Below are positions 9,521 through 19,408 of a stretch of 64,000 nucleotides of DNA, one piece after another. The notes below the pieces were generated by a model. That model was not told the origin of the DNA and searched no databases. It saw only the letters and a program-made list of their open reading frames with translations. Origin of the DNA: an uncultured Nitrososphaerota archaeon. Lineage in GTDB: Archaea; Thermoproteota; Nitrososphaeria; Nitrososphaerales; Gagatemarchaeaceae. Position 1 is the stretch's first letter, and the number at the start of each line of letters is the position of its first letter. The DNA is taken from positions 1,248,001 to 1,312,000 of the forward strand of contig CAVRAG010000008.1 in assembly GCA_963718895.1 (NCBI GenBank), in the 5' to 3' direction. The translations under genes and the position numbers were made by a program.

Positions 9521-10201
9521 GTGCCAGTCTACGATTCTTGGGGACAAGTGGCGGGATACTTCGACGGTGACGGGACAATCGTCATCTCCGACACCTCCAA
9601 CCAACCATACGAGCTGAGCCTTTCGCTCATCTTCACAGACCAGTCGGCAGAGCAGATATCTATGGTGAGGAACTTCTTGCAGGGTCACGGCATAAGGACC
9701 AGCAACGTCCTGAGGACCTCTAAAGGAACAGCGAATATGGTAGCTGTTAGCAGGTTCGGCAGCGTCTTGTCCGCTCTGAAGGAGATGCTTCCTTACCTGT
9801 TCAAGAAATCCAATGAGGCGACTGCGACCATAGCCTACTACGAGGGACGCATCAGAGGGGACGACCTTGCCTCCCTATTCGCTGACGAGGTGAGCGCGGG
9901 GAGGAGGGAAAACCACGAACGAAAGGTCGCAATCGGTGCACCGTTTACGTACCAGGAGGGGGACGCGATCATGAAGGTAAGAAGGAAGGAGAGGGTGAGG
10001 GCAGCAATCGCTAGGACCAGGGCCAAGGTGAGCAGGGAAGACTACGAGGCGATCCGAACCGATCACTTCAGTCTTGGCAGGTCCCTGAGCGAGCTGGCTG
10101 AACTCTACCCTCAGTACGCGCGGGAGACAATCAGAAGGATTCTCGGTCGAGGAAGAGGGTACGTCCTCATTTCAGGAGAGGGTCTGACGAGGTCGCCTTG
10201 A
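9521..10201 (+). CDS. LAGLIDADG-domain protein with C-terminal HTH-like segment
   Basis: WGQVAGYFDGDGTI motif, LSLIFTDQS strand, C-terminal RSLSELAELYPQYARETIRRIL; GTG start just downstream of a TTTTTAT box. Confidence 0.72.
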   Translation: MPVYDSWGQVAGYFDGDGTIVISDTSNQPYELSLSLIFTDQSAEQISMVRNFLQGHGIRTSNVLRTSKGTANMVAVSRFGSVLSALKEMLPYLFKKSNEATATIAYYEGRIRGDDLASLFADEVSAGRRENHERKVAIGAPFTYQEGDAIMKVRRKERVRAAIARTRAKVSREDYEAIRTDHFSLGRSLSELAELYPQYARETIRRILGRGRGYVLISGEGLTRSP

Positions 10202-10293
10202 TGGACTCCGCAATAGGTGGTCCGGAGATTGGTTATCGTCACATTGGTCTCCCGGAGGGACGTAGAGCGTGGCAGAGCCACTTTCAGCCCCGC

Positions 10294-11100
10294 CTACGCC
10301 GTCGAGTTGGTCACGGCGACTATCGAGAAGTAGACGTCTCCGATCAATAGTTGATAAGATACGCCGGGGAGCGTGTAAGAGCTTGGGAGGGAGGACGTCG
10401 GGTAAGTCAAGCAGCCGCCGAGATTCTGAGCATAGTTGGGAAACCCGTTCCCTGCCACGAGCTCGCCGTAGTAACTACACTGTTCCGGCTCCTGAGGGTT
10501 CAGGAGCCATAAGCCTCCGCCGGTGAAAGGGAACAGACCAAGCTGATACGTCCCGCTCGACCCGGAATTGGCTGTCACTGCGTAGGCCACCATCGCCCCT
10601 TCGTTCTCGTTCGTAGACCCTCCTATCGCGAGCTGTGACTGGCTGACGGAGACCGTGAAGTTCGAAGACCCGTCGAAAGACTGCGGGTAGTAAACGCCAT
10701 CACTGAGGACCTCCTGTACCGCCTGAATCGAGAGTGAACTGCTGACGTTCAGCAGCAGAGGTGACGACGCGTTGTAGCCATGGAACGAATTGTAGTAGTA
10801 GAACTGCACGCAGAAGACAGCAGGAGAGCTCGTCCCGGCGACCACGTCGATGAAACCTGTGCCATTGACCTGTCCGCCCGGGCAGTCTGCACCAAGGCCG
10901 CTGTCGATTGAGATTGAATTCGAGCTCGTGGTCGCTTGTCCCGTGGAGAAGGACGTGATGATGGGGACGGAACTTGAGGTTGAGGCGAGGGTCGTCGTGC
11001 CGGGTTGTGGGCTCCCTAGGATGGACGCAATCGCCACGAGCACGAGAACGACGATTGCGATGATAGCGACAAGCCTCCCAACCGTGCTCAAAGGCGGCAT
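10294..11100 (-). CDS. Membrane-anchored Ser/Thr-rich secreted hypothetical protein
   Basis: ATG at 11100, hydrophobic N-terminal helix, S/T linker, beta-rich domain with four Cys. Confidence 0.7.
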   Translation of the reverse strand: MPPLSTVGRLVAIIAIVVLVLVAIASILGSPQPGTTTLASTSSSVPIITSFSTGQATTSSNSISIDSGLGADCPGGQVNGTGFIDVVAGTSSPAVFCVQFYYYNSFHGYNASSPLLLNVSSSLSIQAVQEVLSDGVYYPQSFDGSSNFTVSVSQSQLAIGGSTNENEGAMVAYAVTANSGSSGTYQLGLFPFTGGGLWLLNPQEPEQCSYYGELVAGNGFPNYAQNLGGCLTYPTSSLPSSYTLPGVSYQLLIGDVYFSIVAVTNSTA

Positions 11101-11244
11101 ACGCGCTCTTGAGCCACGCCGCGAGGTTTTCATTAATAGTTTTGTTCGGGCATTTGAGAAGAAGGCCGACGATGCCACCAGCTCGACTCTACTGATTGGG
11201 TGAGGGTCGATTGTATAATAAGGTCGCCCGGGCCTCTCCTCCAG

Positions 11245-11754
11245 ATGAACATCCTCATCATAGACTACGGCCAGGACGACCCGGGCAAGTGCACGGCGAA
11301 GAAGATGGTCAAGATGGGTCTGGCCACGGAGGTCTCGAGGAAGTTCCATGCGGCCAGCTCGCTTCTCGTGCTGAACCCGTTCGCAGAGATCACCCTCTCG
11401 CCCGGGGACAAGGACAGCAAGGGCGTCCTTGACATCGACTGCTCGTGGATTTTCGCGAGGGATGTATTCCACAAGAAGCTGGGCGGGAAGCACAGGCGGC
11501 TCCCGGCGTTGCTTGCGGGCAACCCGACGAACTACTCTAAGATGGGGATGCTCAGCTCCGTCGAGGCGGTAGCCGCGGCCCTATACATCCTGGGAGAGAA
11601 GGAGGACGCGAAGCGTTACCTCTCGATATACAAGTGGGGTCCGACCTTCCTTACGCTCAACGCCGAGCCCCTCGAGGAGTACAGCAAAGCGGATTCGGAG
11701 GACGAGGTCCGCGACCTCGAGCGGGAGTTCTTTCCCCAGTTCTTCGTCCAGTAG
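11245..11754 (+). CDS. tsr3: SSU rRNA aminocarboxypropyltransferase Tsr3 (DUF367)
   Basis: QDDPGKCTAKKM, IDCSW, RRLPALLAGNPTNY, LSSVEA, KWGPTFLTLN. Confidence 0.95.
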   Translation: MNILIIDYGQDDPGKCTAKKMVKMGLATEVSRKFHAASSLLVLNPFAEITLSPGDKDSKGVLDIDCSWIFARDVFHKKLGGKHRRLPALLAGNPTNYSKMGMLSSVEAVAAALYILGEKEDAKRYLSIYKWGPTFLTLNAEPLEEYSKADSEDEVRDLEREFFPQFFVQ

Positions 11755-11790
11755 AAAAGCCTAAAGCGGCTCGGGGGGACCCGGCTTCGA

Positions 11791-12079
11791 CGCGAGCCGG
11801 CGGGTGGGCCACGGGGACCTCCTGGGGAAGTTCCTCCCTCACTGCAGGATGCATGACGCTGAGAAGCGTAGCCGGAGACGGTTGGCGACGGAACAGAAAC
11901 GATACCCGCCTCACCAAATGCGGTGACGGAGCAATCCCGAGATCGGTGAAAGCGGGGTGAAACGGCCGACCCATGCAGAGCAAGGCCGAACGTGGTCGTG
12001 GACGCGCCTGCACCAGACCAGGGTAGGCTGCTAAGCTGAATCCCGCCTAAAACAGAAGGAGGACTACGGCCGGCACGTG
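11791..12079 (+). ncRNA. rnpB: Archaeal RNase P RNA
   Basis: CR-I GGGGAAGTTCCTCCC, ACAGAAAC, TGAAACGGC, GAGCAAG and CR-V AACAGAAGGAGGACTA (pairs with CR-I as P4); ends pair as P1. Boundaries approximate. Confidence 0.92.
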
Positions 12080-12324
12080 TCGAACATAACCCGGGGCGGC
12101 AAAGGGCCACCCTTGGTTGTGGGCATGATGCGAGGAGCGGAGGAAGCTGGGCGCGCGGAAGGATGAACCGGTCACATGGCTCAGAGATGAGCGTATTCAC
12201 GATCTTGGCAGGTCAGAGAGCCTCATGACGCGCCCGACGTCACAAACGCGAGTGTGGCTCTCGCCCGCTGCCGCCTCTGTGGACATGGACCGACCGGAAG
12301 ACTCTTCCGTGCGAGTGAGACAAG

Positions 12325-13050
12325 TTGGAGGGCACGGGAGAATTGGCCAAGAACGTGTTCGTCGGGGTCTCCGGCTTTAGCTACCCCGGATGGAAGGAAA
12401 GATTCTATCCTAGGGGGACGAAGAGCGAGGAGTTTCTCGCCTACTACTCTCAGCACCTGAACAGCGTGGAGATCAACAGCTCCTTCTACGCGCCACCCAG
12501 TGCTGCCGTGGTGAAGAGCTGGTCAGCCAAGGCTGATGGGAAGTTCAGGTTCGCCTTCAAGGCCCCGAAACAGATTACCCACATCCTGAAGCTGGGAGAC
12601 GGCTCATCTGAAGCGGCCGAGAGGCTTTCGAAGACGCTGGATCTCCTGGGCCCGAGGCGTGGTCCCGTCTTGTTTCAGCTACCCCCGTTCTTCAAGCAGG
12701 ACCTCAAGCTTCTCGACGAATTCCTTTCCAAGACCTCCGGGATCAGGAATCGCGTCTTCGAGTTCAGACACGAATCGTGGCTCCAGGACCCCACGTACCA
12801 ACTGCTGGAGAAGCATGGGACGGGCTTCTGCATAGCAGAGACCGAGGACATGAAGCCGGTATTCCAGGTCACCGGAGGGATTGCCTATCTCAGGCTGAGA
12901 AGAGAATCCTACGATGCGGAAGCCATCGACCGGTGGGCGGAGAAGATCCGTCAAACGATCAAGGGGCTAGAGGGGTGCTACGCCTACCTCAGACACGATG
13001 AAACGGGGGAGAACGCCGTCTTGGCTCGGAGGCTCTACGAGAAGCTCTAG
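12325..13050 (+). CDS. DUF72 family protein
   Basis: VGVSGFSYPGW, VEINSSFY, KAPKQITH, LFQLPP, FEFRHESW. Confidence 0.92.
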   Translation: MEGTGELAKNVFVGVSGFSYPGWKERFYPRGTKSEEFLAYYSQHLNSVEINSSFYAPPSAAVVKSWSAKADGKFRFAFKAPKQITHILKLGDGSSEAAERLSKTLDLLGPRRGPVLFQLPPFFKQDLKLLDEFLSKTSGIRNRVFEFRHESWLQDPTYQLLEKHGTGFCIAETEDMKPVFQVTGGIAYLRLRRESYDAEAIDRWAEKIRQTIKGLEGCYAYLRHDETGENAVLARRLYEKL

Positions 13051-13198
13051 TCGGAAATCGGGTCTCTTCGGCGGGCTGAACGGGGACTTCGTCTCGAGGC
13101 TGATCCAAGTTGGTACGGAACGCGGCGAAGGCTGAAATCGGCGGTGTCTTCTACTGTTAAATAGGAGCGAATTTCCCATTGTTCAAGGCGCCCGGGCG

Positions 13199-13471
13199 AT
13201 GGGGTTTGGCAACGTGGATGATAGGGAATTTGTGCGCTCCATGGAAGGCTTTCAGAGCAATGTGGGAAATCTCCAGTCGATGATCAAGGGGGCTTTGACC
13301 GAAATTCTGGGCGAGCTCGGTGCGATCAGCGCCCTTTCGTACACCGGAGATCTGTCAGACGGCAACCTTGTGGGGTTCGCGAGGAGGGTGTACGAGCTCT
13401 TCGGGACCGGCGCTAGCAGGATTCTCGCAGACATCGTCTCCTGGGTAGCCGAGCGCGTAAAGTCAGCCTAA
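13199..13471 (+). CDS. Small helical hypothetical protein (archaeal signalling output-domain-like)
   Basis: ALTEILGE...FARRVYELFGTGASRIL pattern; lies next to a two-component pair. Family assignment is inference. Confidence 0.5.
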   Translation: MGFGNVDDREFVRSMEGFQSNVGNLQSMIKGALTEILGELGAISALSYTGDLSDGNLVGFARRVYELFGTGASRILADIVSWVAERVKSA

Positions 13472-13595
13472 AGAACGGCCCGACGTTTGGACCGCGTGAA
13501 TTGTCTCCGGGGCCTTAACTGCCTCGCCCTAGAGCCGCTGCGGGAAGACTTCGTGGCTAATGCGCTCTATCCGTCTCGACGACTCCGCTCAGGCC

Positions 13596-14069
13596 CTATG
13601 GAGAAGGTGAATTCTCGCGTCGCTGTCTGGCGAGCTCCTGCTTGCGCGTCTCGATGAAATCGACCACTTTCTGCTCGCTGTATCTGACAGCTTCCTCGCG
13701 TTTCTGAAGGTGTTTTTGGATGGTCCCCAGAACGACCGCGGCGTCCACCGGTTTGACTATGTAGCCGTCAGCACCCTCGTTGACCGCCTCGATCGCGTTC
13801 TGCATCGAGGGATAACCGGTGACCATGATCTTGGCCATCGCCGGAGTCCGTTCTCGCATCTTGCTCAGGAGTTCGGTCCCCATCATGTCAGGCAGACGCA
13901 TATCAACCAGGGCGAGGTCGTACAGCTTGTCGTTCGACCTAACGATGGCTATCGCACCGTTTTCCGCGGTGTCGACGTCATATCCTTCCTGTTCCAGGAT
14001 AGCGGCGAGCGAGGCCCGTATGCTCCGGTCGTCGTCCACAATCAGGATTGAGTGCTGCATGTTGCTCAA
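13596..14069 (-). CDS. Response regulator (receiver domain + short C-terminal helix)
   Basis: ILIVDDD, LVDMRLPD (phospho-Asp), VTGY, YIVKP. Confidence 0.93.
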   Translation of the reverse strand: MSNMQHSILIVDDDRSIRASLAAILEQEGYDVDTAENGAIAIVRSNDKLYDLALVDMRLPDMMGTELLSKMRERTPAMAKIMVTGYPSMQNAIEAVNEGADGYIVKPVDAAVVLGTIQKHLQKREEAVRYSEQKVVDFIETRKQELARQRRENSPSP

Positions 14070-15796
14070 GTCTTCTCGTTACCTCTAGGGTTCACGTCCA
14101 AAGGAACCGAGATGGTGAAGGTCGTCCCCTTCCCCGGCGTACTCTCCGCCGAGATTTCTCCTCCGTGCGCCTCTACGATTCGTTTGCATATTGAAAGACC
14201 GAATCCCATTCCTTTCGCTTTGGTTGTGAACAAGGGAGTGAATATCTTGTCTAAAACCTCTTTGGTCATTCCCCCGCCACTGTCGGCGAAGACGAAATCG
14301 ACCCGGCGATCTGTCTCCCTCGATTGTATCAGTAGCGATCCTCCACCGGGCATGGCGTCTATCGCATTATTGATAACGTTGATGAAGACCCTCTTCATCT
14401 TGTTGACGTCAATCCTGAGGATAGGCTTCGCCTCAGTCTCGTCCTGAACACGGACGGACTCGGGAACCGTAACAATCGACAGGGTTTCCTTGATCAGCTG
14501 TTGGGGGTTGGTCGCCGTCACCTCCAGGCGGATGTTTCTGGAATAGTCCAGAAGGTCGCTGACTATCTTGTCCGAGTACTTCACGTCCTCCTGGATGAGT
14601 GTGATCATCTCCTTTTCCTTGTCACCTACCGTCGGGCTTCGTTTGAGGTAGAACGCGGCGTTGGCTATGCCCTGCAGCGGGTTGCGGAGGTCGTGAGCCA
14701 CCATCGTGGCAAGCTCGCCGATGGCTGAGAACCGCTCGGATTTCCGAAGCTGGACGGTCTTCTTGTCGATCTCTCCAAGCATCGTGTTGATCGACGCGCT
14801 CAGGGAGGCTATCGCGTCGTCTCCTGAGACCGGCAGTTTCGCTGACGAGTCAGATTGACGGCTGATCCTTATCACGTCTTTGTCGAGCTTCAGCAATCTC
14901 GAGAGTACGACCCTCTCCATCAGGAAGAGCATGACTGCGCTGAAGGCGACCGCCGCCACGCCTACGGAAAGGTCGACGTAGTTCTCGGTCGCGAGGCCCT
15001 GATTGTAGGTGTCTCTCGACATTGTTGCCGAGAGGACGAGCGCCGGCTGGCCGTGGATGTCATCTATCACGTAGTATCCTGCAATCTGAGTTGCGTTCAG
15101 AGGATGCACATAAATCGAAGGAGCGGTCGAGGTGTATGACTCGACCTTGCTTCCCTCCTGACCGCTGTTGAATAGCGTCAGGCTGAGGGGAAGCCTCAGA
15201 GTCGTGGACAGCGAGTCGACGTATTGCTGGTCAAAGTAGCGTGCGAAGATGATCGTACCGTGGATGGGTCCCTGGGCCTCACTCGTCAGGATCGGCCGTG
15301 AAGTAACTATCAGAGGTCCCTGCGGGAGGACGACCACGCCGGTCAGACTGTCGTTGACGTTGTGGAAGTTCCAGATCTTGGAGTCTGTGTCTATCAGGTT
15401 AAGGAGGCTCTGGGGAACGGGCATCTGTGTATCGCTCACCAGGTTGAAGCCCATCCCGTCCACATAGGTTCCGCTCGAATTGTAGAAGAGTATGAAATTG
15501 ACCCCGATGCTGATGAAGGACGCTGGGACCATGTTGGCATCACGAAAGGCACTGTTGTTGTCCTGGACAAACTGATAGGCGTCGTCCCATATCCCCCAGT
15601 CGCTGAGCTTTGCACCCTGGACTGAGTATTGGTTGAGTAGCTGACTCTGGACCTGTTCAACTGTCTGGGTGGATTCCTTCTGTTCCAGCTGCTGGTAGCT
15701 GTTCAGCAGAAGGGTGTAGGATATCGTATGCACGACGGCAACTAGGCAGATAGTCGTTACCAGAAACAGTACCACTGTCTTGGTTCGCAGTTTCAA
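14066..15796 (-). CDS. Sensor histidine kinase (TM-CHASE4-TM-HAMP-HisKA-HATPase)
   Basis: DWGIWDDAYQF (CHASE4), AHDLRNPL H-box, NNAIDAM, DSGGG, FTTKAKGMGFGL; likely TTG start at 15796. Confidence 0.92.
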   Translation of the reverse strand: MKLRTKTVVLFLVTTICLVAVVHTISYTLLLNSYQQLEQKESTQTVEQVQSQLLNQYSVQGAKLSDWGIWDDAYQFVQDNNSAFRDANMVPASFISIGVNFILFYNSSGTYVDGMGFNLVSDTQMPVPQSLLNLIDTDSKIWNFHNVNDSLTGVVVLPQGPLIVTSRPILTSEAQGPIHGTIIFARYFDQQYVDSLSTTLRLPLSLTLFNSGQEGSKVESYTSTAPSIYVHPLNATQIAGYYVIDDIHGQPALVLSATMSRDTYNQGLATENYVDLSVGVAAVAFSAVMLFLMERVVLSRLLKLDKDVIRISRQSDSSAKLPVSGDDAIASLSASINTMLGEIDKKTVQLRKSERFSAIGELATMVAHDLRNPLQGIANAAFYLKRSPTVGDKEKEMITLIQEDVKYSDKIVSDLLDYSRNIRLEVTATNPQQLIKETLSIVTVPESVRVQDETEAKPILRIDVNKMKRVFINVINNAIDAMPGGGSLLIQSRETDRRVDFVFADSGGGMTKEVLDKIFTPLFTTKAKGMGFGLSICKRIVEAHGGEISAESTPGKGTTFTISVPLDVNPRGNEKT

Positions 15797-15976
15797 GGTA
15801 GACAACTCATTTTCCTGAATTGGTGTCACTTTGTACGGGATATTAGGGTTTAATTTCGTGAGATTTCTGGTTTGTGAGGCGTTCCGGTGCTCCTCGCCTC
15901 GCTGGACTCGTCTCGCGTTACCCGCGGATACCATCCAAACAGAAGAGACCGGCTCTGCGAACCCCGAGCCATCCCG

Positions 15977-16741
15977 TCACTCGACGAATCCGTAGGCGGT
16001 GTATCCCCCGTCAACGGTCAGGCACTGGCCCGTGATGTAGGACGACTCTTCGGCCGCAAGAAAGAGCACCGAGTGCGCAATGTCCTCGACCATGCCGAAC
16101 CTCCCCAACGGGACACGTTTCAGGATCGCTTCACCGTTTATTGCTCCCTCGGATATCCTACTCTTGAGCATGTCAGTCAGGATGAATCCAGGGGCGACGG
16201 CGTTCACGTTGATGTTGTGCTTGGCCCACTCTATGGCTAGCTCCCTGGTGAGCATGATGACGCCCGCCTTGCTGGTGGCGTAGGGCGCCCGGTTCGGGAA
16301 GGGGTTTATGCCCACGATGGACGAGATATTGATGATTTTGCCGCTCTTCTTCGGGATCATGAGCCCCGCCGCAGCCTTGGAGCAGACGAAGATCGACCTC
16401 AGGTTGATGGAGAGGATTGTGTCCCAGTCGGCTTCGGTCATCTCCAACGCTGGCTTGACGATGTTGATCCCGGCGTTGTTCACGAGGATGTCGATGGTCC
16501 CATACTCACGCTTCACCGCTTCGAAGAGGCCGTCGACCGACCCCTCCTTGGAGATGTCGCAGGCGACCGAGATCGCCCTCCCGCCGCGTGACTCAATCTC
16601 CTTCTTTACTGCGTCCGAGTTTTCCCGGTGGACCGAGTTGACGACCACGCTGGCCCCTTCGTCGGCGAATCTGAGCGCGATTGTCCGCCCGATCCCTCTT
16701 CCGGAGCCCGTGACAAGCGCGACCTTGTTCTGAAACTTCAT
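15977..16741 (-). CDS. Short-chain dehydrogenase/reductase (FabG-like)
   Basis: TGSGRGIG, NNAG, YATSK, VAPGFI, ITGQCLTVDGG. Confidence 0.93.
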   Translation of the reverse strand: MKFQNKVALVTGSGRGIGRTIALRFADEGASVVVNSVHRENSDAVKKEIESRGGRAISVACDISKEGSVDGLFEAVKREYGTIDILVNNAGINIVKPALEMTEADWDTILSINLRSIFVCSKAAAGLMIPKKSGKIINISSIVGINPFPNRAPYATSKAGVIMLTRELAIEWAKHNINVNAVAPGFILTDMLKSRISEGAINGEAILKRVPLGRFGMVEDIAHSVLFLAAEESSYITGQCLTVDGGYTAYGFVE

Positions 16742-16873
16742 CGGTGCCCGACGGGGAAATATCGGTTTAAGCTTATCAGAAGACGCGTCCCGGGGGAAGC
16801 CATCCCGGTGGCGAAGGAGAGACGGAATTTCGTTTGATTTGGGAGTATGGAGGAGAGAGGATGCCGAGCCTCC

Positions 16874-19408
16874 TCAGACCCGTCTGAGCAGGTAGGGCAG
16901 GCAGACCCTGTCCGGTTCCTTTCTCAGGAACCCGGGCGCCCGGCTGAGCAGGTCGAATAACGGGCTCTTCATGCTGCAGTACTGCCCGACCATGACGTCC
17001 TTCCCGACCATCCCTATCTCGTCGTGAAACAGCTGACCTGTGAAGTCGAACATGTCCATGTGCTGTGGAGTGAACTTCACCTTCGAGGTCCCCGGGAGAA
17101 CTCCGCCGAAGACGTACCTGCACTTGAGCACTCCTTGATCCATGTAGTACCTGAACCTGAACATCACCGGGGAGAGAGTGGAATCTGAGATGAACCTACC
17201 CTCCCAGAGCCCTAGGACCTCTTCGGTCTCGGGCTTCCTCGTCTTCTTGGCGAAAATCTCCTGGAAGTCGTCCTGCGTCATGAAGTTGATGCTGTATCTC
17301 CTCGACATGGAGAAGGTGAGCACCTGCTCTCCTCTCGGAGGACCCCTACCCCCGAACGCCTTCCCGAGTATGGTGTCCTTGTCTACTATCTTGAGGAAGT
17401 CGTAGAACCCGGAGTAGAGCGCGTCGGTGTATCTGAGGCGAATCAGGGTGCCGAATCCAGGATAAGACTCGTCGAGAGCCTCATTCGCGGCGTTGACCGG
17501 CGTCTCGTAGGGATGGGTCACCCCCTTAACCCCGCCGTCTTCTTTCCGGAACTTCTTCCAGAACCCTCCCGCGTACAGCTCGACCCTCGTGACCAGGTCG
17601 CCGTCAGTCGGGAAGAATCCCTTCCAGTACCTGTCGTTGTAGATGGTCAGGGTATCTGTGTCGAATGACCAGTTCTCGCCGTCGACGATGTCCGCCTTGT
17701 CTGAATTGACGAGCGCCTCGCTGGGGAGAAGCGTGTCCCGCACCTCGAACATGTCACCGAGGCTCTTCGATCCGCAGTACATGGGCTGCCTTATCGAGCA
17801 AGCCTCGCCCAGGTCGTCCCCGATACTGACCGGCGCGAAGTCCTGGTCCCATCTGTGTATGATCTTCTCCGCGGTGATGGTAGCCAAGGACATGACCGTG
17901 AGCTGCGGATTGACGCCGACCGCGGTGGGGAAGACGCTGGCGTCGCAGACGAAGAGGTTCCTGAATCCATAGACCTGGCAGTTTGAGTCTACCACGCAGG
18001 TCGCCGGGTCGATCCCGATCTTGTTCCCTCCCTGGGGGTGAGCGGAACCCAGCAGCAGGTGCTTGGGGTCGTTCTTCATGGCGTCGATGAGCTCGGGAAT
18101 CTCCGCCTCGCTCGAGACTATCGGCTTCGCCATGTGCGAACTCACCACCCTCGTGGCGCCGAGCTTGAACCACATCTTCGCGATCAGTTCCGTGCCCTTC
18201 GCTATGTCACCCAGGGTTCGCGTGCTTGGTGAGTACGCCACCTTGGCCGATCCATCGTCGGTCAGGCTCACAGTCCCGCTCGACTCGTCGCGGACCAGTA
18301 CACCGGCCATGGCGAAGTTGTTGTACCTCTTCATGAGCTCGTCCCTCTCTACTCCGGCCGCTGAGATCAGAAGCGAGAACTGGAGCGGTGGAACGTAGAT
18401 TCCCTCCACCAAGAATCCTCCGTCCTGCACGCCGTTGGTCACGCCGAACTCGTGCAGCGTGTAGGCCATCGGGATCCCCTGGTTGCCCTTCACCTCGAAC
18501 TCGAAATCGCCGAGGATGAACGGCGCCGGATGGAGCGCCAGCCCCACACCCGCCTTACTCTGCGCAATCGAGTTCTTCAGGAGAAGACAGCTGGAGGCTA
18601 TGGTTCCGGCGGAGAGCACGACAATCCTGGAGTTTACCACTATCCTGTTCACGACGTTGTCGTCCCTGTCCAGGAAATCGCCCTCGACACTCTCGACCAT
18701 CCCGTCCTTGTAGTTGATCGACTCGGCCGAGCAGTTGCAGTAGACCTTGATGCTCGAACCCGGGTCGTTGAGCGCCCGGTGGATGTAGGTCACGCGCATG
18801 TCCTGCTTGGTCTCGTAGTGGCAGCCGAGATGGCAGAGGCCGCACTGCATGCAGTTGACGCAGTTCCTCGAGTTCGCATAGTGCTTCGTGTAACCCATGA
18901 GGTCGAGACCCCTTTTCAGCATCTGGCTATTCCTGTTCAGCTCGTCCTCCCTTACCGGGGTCACGCGGATCTCGTTAGAGACCTCCGCTGTGGCCCTGGC
19001 CCACTCGTCGTCTGTGATAGCGACTCCGGCGCTCCTCCACTGCGCGCTCGTCACGGCCGGGATTGGAAAGCAGACGGCGTCGTTAATCACGGTCGACCCT
19101 CCCAGACAGGAGCCTTGGGCAATCACGATCCGGAGGTCGTCCGTGAAGTTCATCCCGCAGTTCTTCCAGAGGAGGGGCATCATGTCCTCGTCCCTCTGGT
19201 TCATGTCCTCTCCCTCGAAGTATCCCCCCTTCTCGAGGAGCACCACCGACTTGCCCGCTGCCGCTAGCTTGTTGGCCAAGACGGCGCCCGCGGCACCGGA
19301 GCCTATGACGCATACGTCACAGTGCTCAACGACGTCGCCTTCGACCACCTGGTAGTTCTCCTTCCTTGGCCCCAGTCTTTCTGTCCCGAAGACCGCGTTG
19401 GTCGTCAA
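16874..19408 (-). CDS. GMC family FAD oxidoreductase (long-chain alcohol oxidase-like) with about 320 aa C-terminal extension
   Basis: GSGAAG, LGGSTVIN, CMQCGLCHLGC, SAHPQG, DASVFPTAVGVNPQLT. Confidence 0.88.
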   Translation of the reverse strand: MTTNAVFGTERLGPRKENYQVVEGDVVEHCDVCVIGSGAAGAVLANKLAAAGKSVVLLEKGGYFEGEDMNQRDEDMMPLLWKNCGMNFTDDLRIVIAQGSCLGGSTVINDAVCFPIPAVTSAQWRSAGVAITDDEWARATAEVSNEIRVTPVREDELNRNSQMLKRGLDLMGYTKHYANSRNCVNCMQCGLCHLGCHYETKQDMRVTYIHRALNDPGSSIKVYCNCSAESINYKDGMVESVEGDFLDRDDNVVNRIVVNSRIVVLSAGTIASSCLLLKNSIAQSKAGVGLALHPAPFILGDFEFEVKGNQGIPMAYTLHEFGVTNGVQDGGFLVEGIYVPPLQFSLLISAAGVERDELMKRYNNFAMAGVLVRDESSGTVSLTDDGSAKVAYSPSTRTLGDIAKGTELIAKMWFKLGATRVVSSHMAKPIVSSEAEIPELIDAMKNDPKHLLLGSAHPQGGNKIGIDPATCVVDSNCQVYGFRNLFVCDASVFPTAVGVNPQLTVMSLATITAEKIIHRWDQDFAPVSIGDDLGEACSIRQPMYCGSKSLGDMFEVRDTLLPSEALVNSDKADIVDGENWSFDTDTLTIYNDRYWKGFFPTDGDLVTRVELYAGGFWKKFRKEDGGVKGVTHPYETPVNAANEALDESYPGFGTLIRLRYTDALYSGFYDFLKIVDKDTILGKAFGGRGPPRGEQVLTFSMSRRYSINFMTQDDFQEIFAKKTRKPETEEVLGLWEGRFISDSTLSPVMFRFRYYMDQGVLKCRYVFGGVLPGTSKVKFTPQHMDMFDFTGQLFHDEIGMVGKDVMVGQYCSMKSPLFDLLSRAPGFLRKEPDRVCLPYLLRRV

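Noticed and set aside
10294-11493. 399-aa ORF as called by the track
   Set aside because: Its 5' part is antisense to tsr3; the plausible start is ATG at 11100, before the signal anchor.
11616-12200. ORFs overlapping 11.6-12.2 kb
   Set aside because: The region is RNase P RNA; the translations have no protein-like character.
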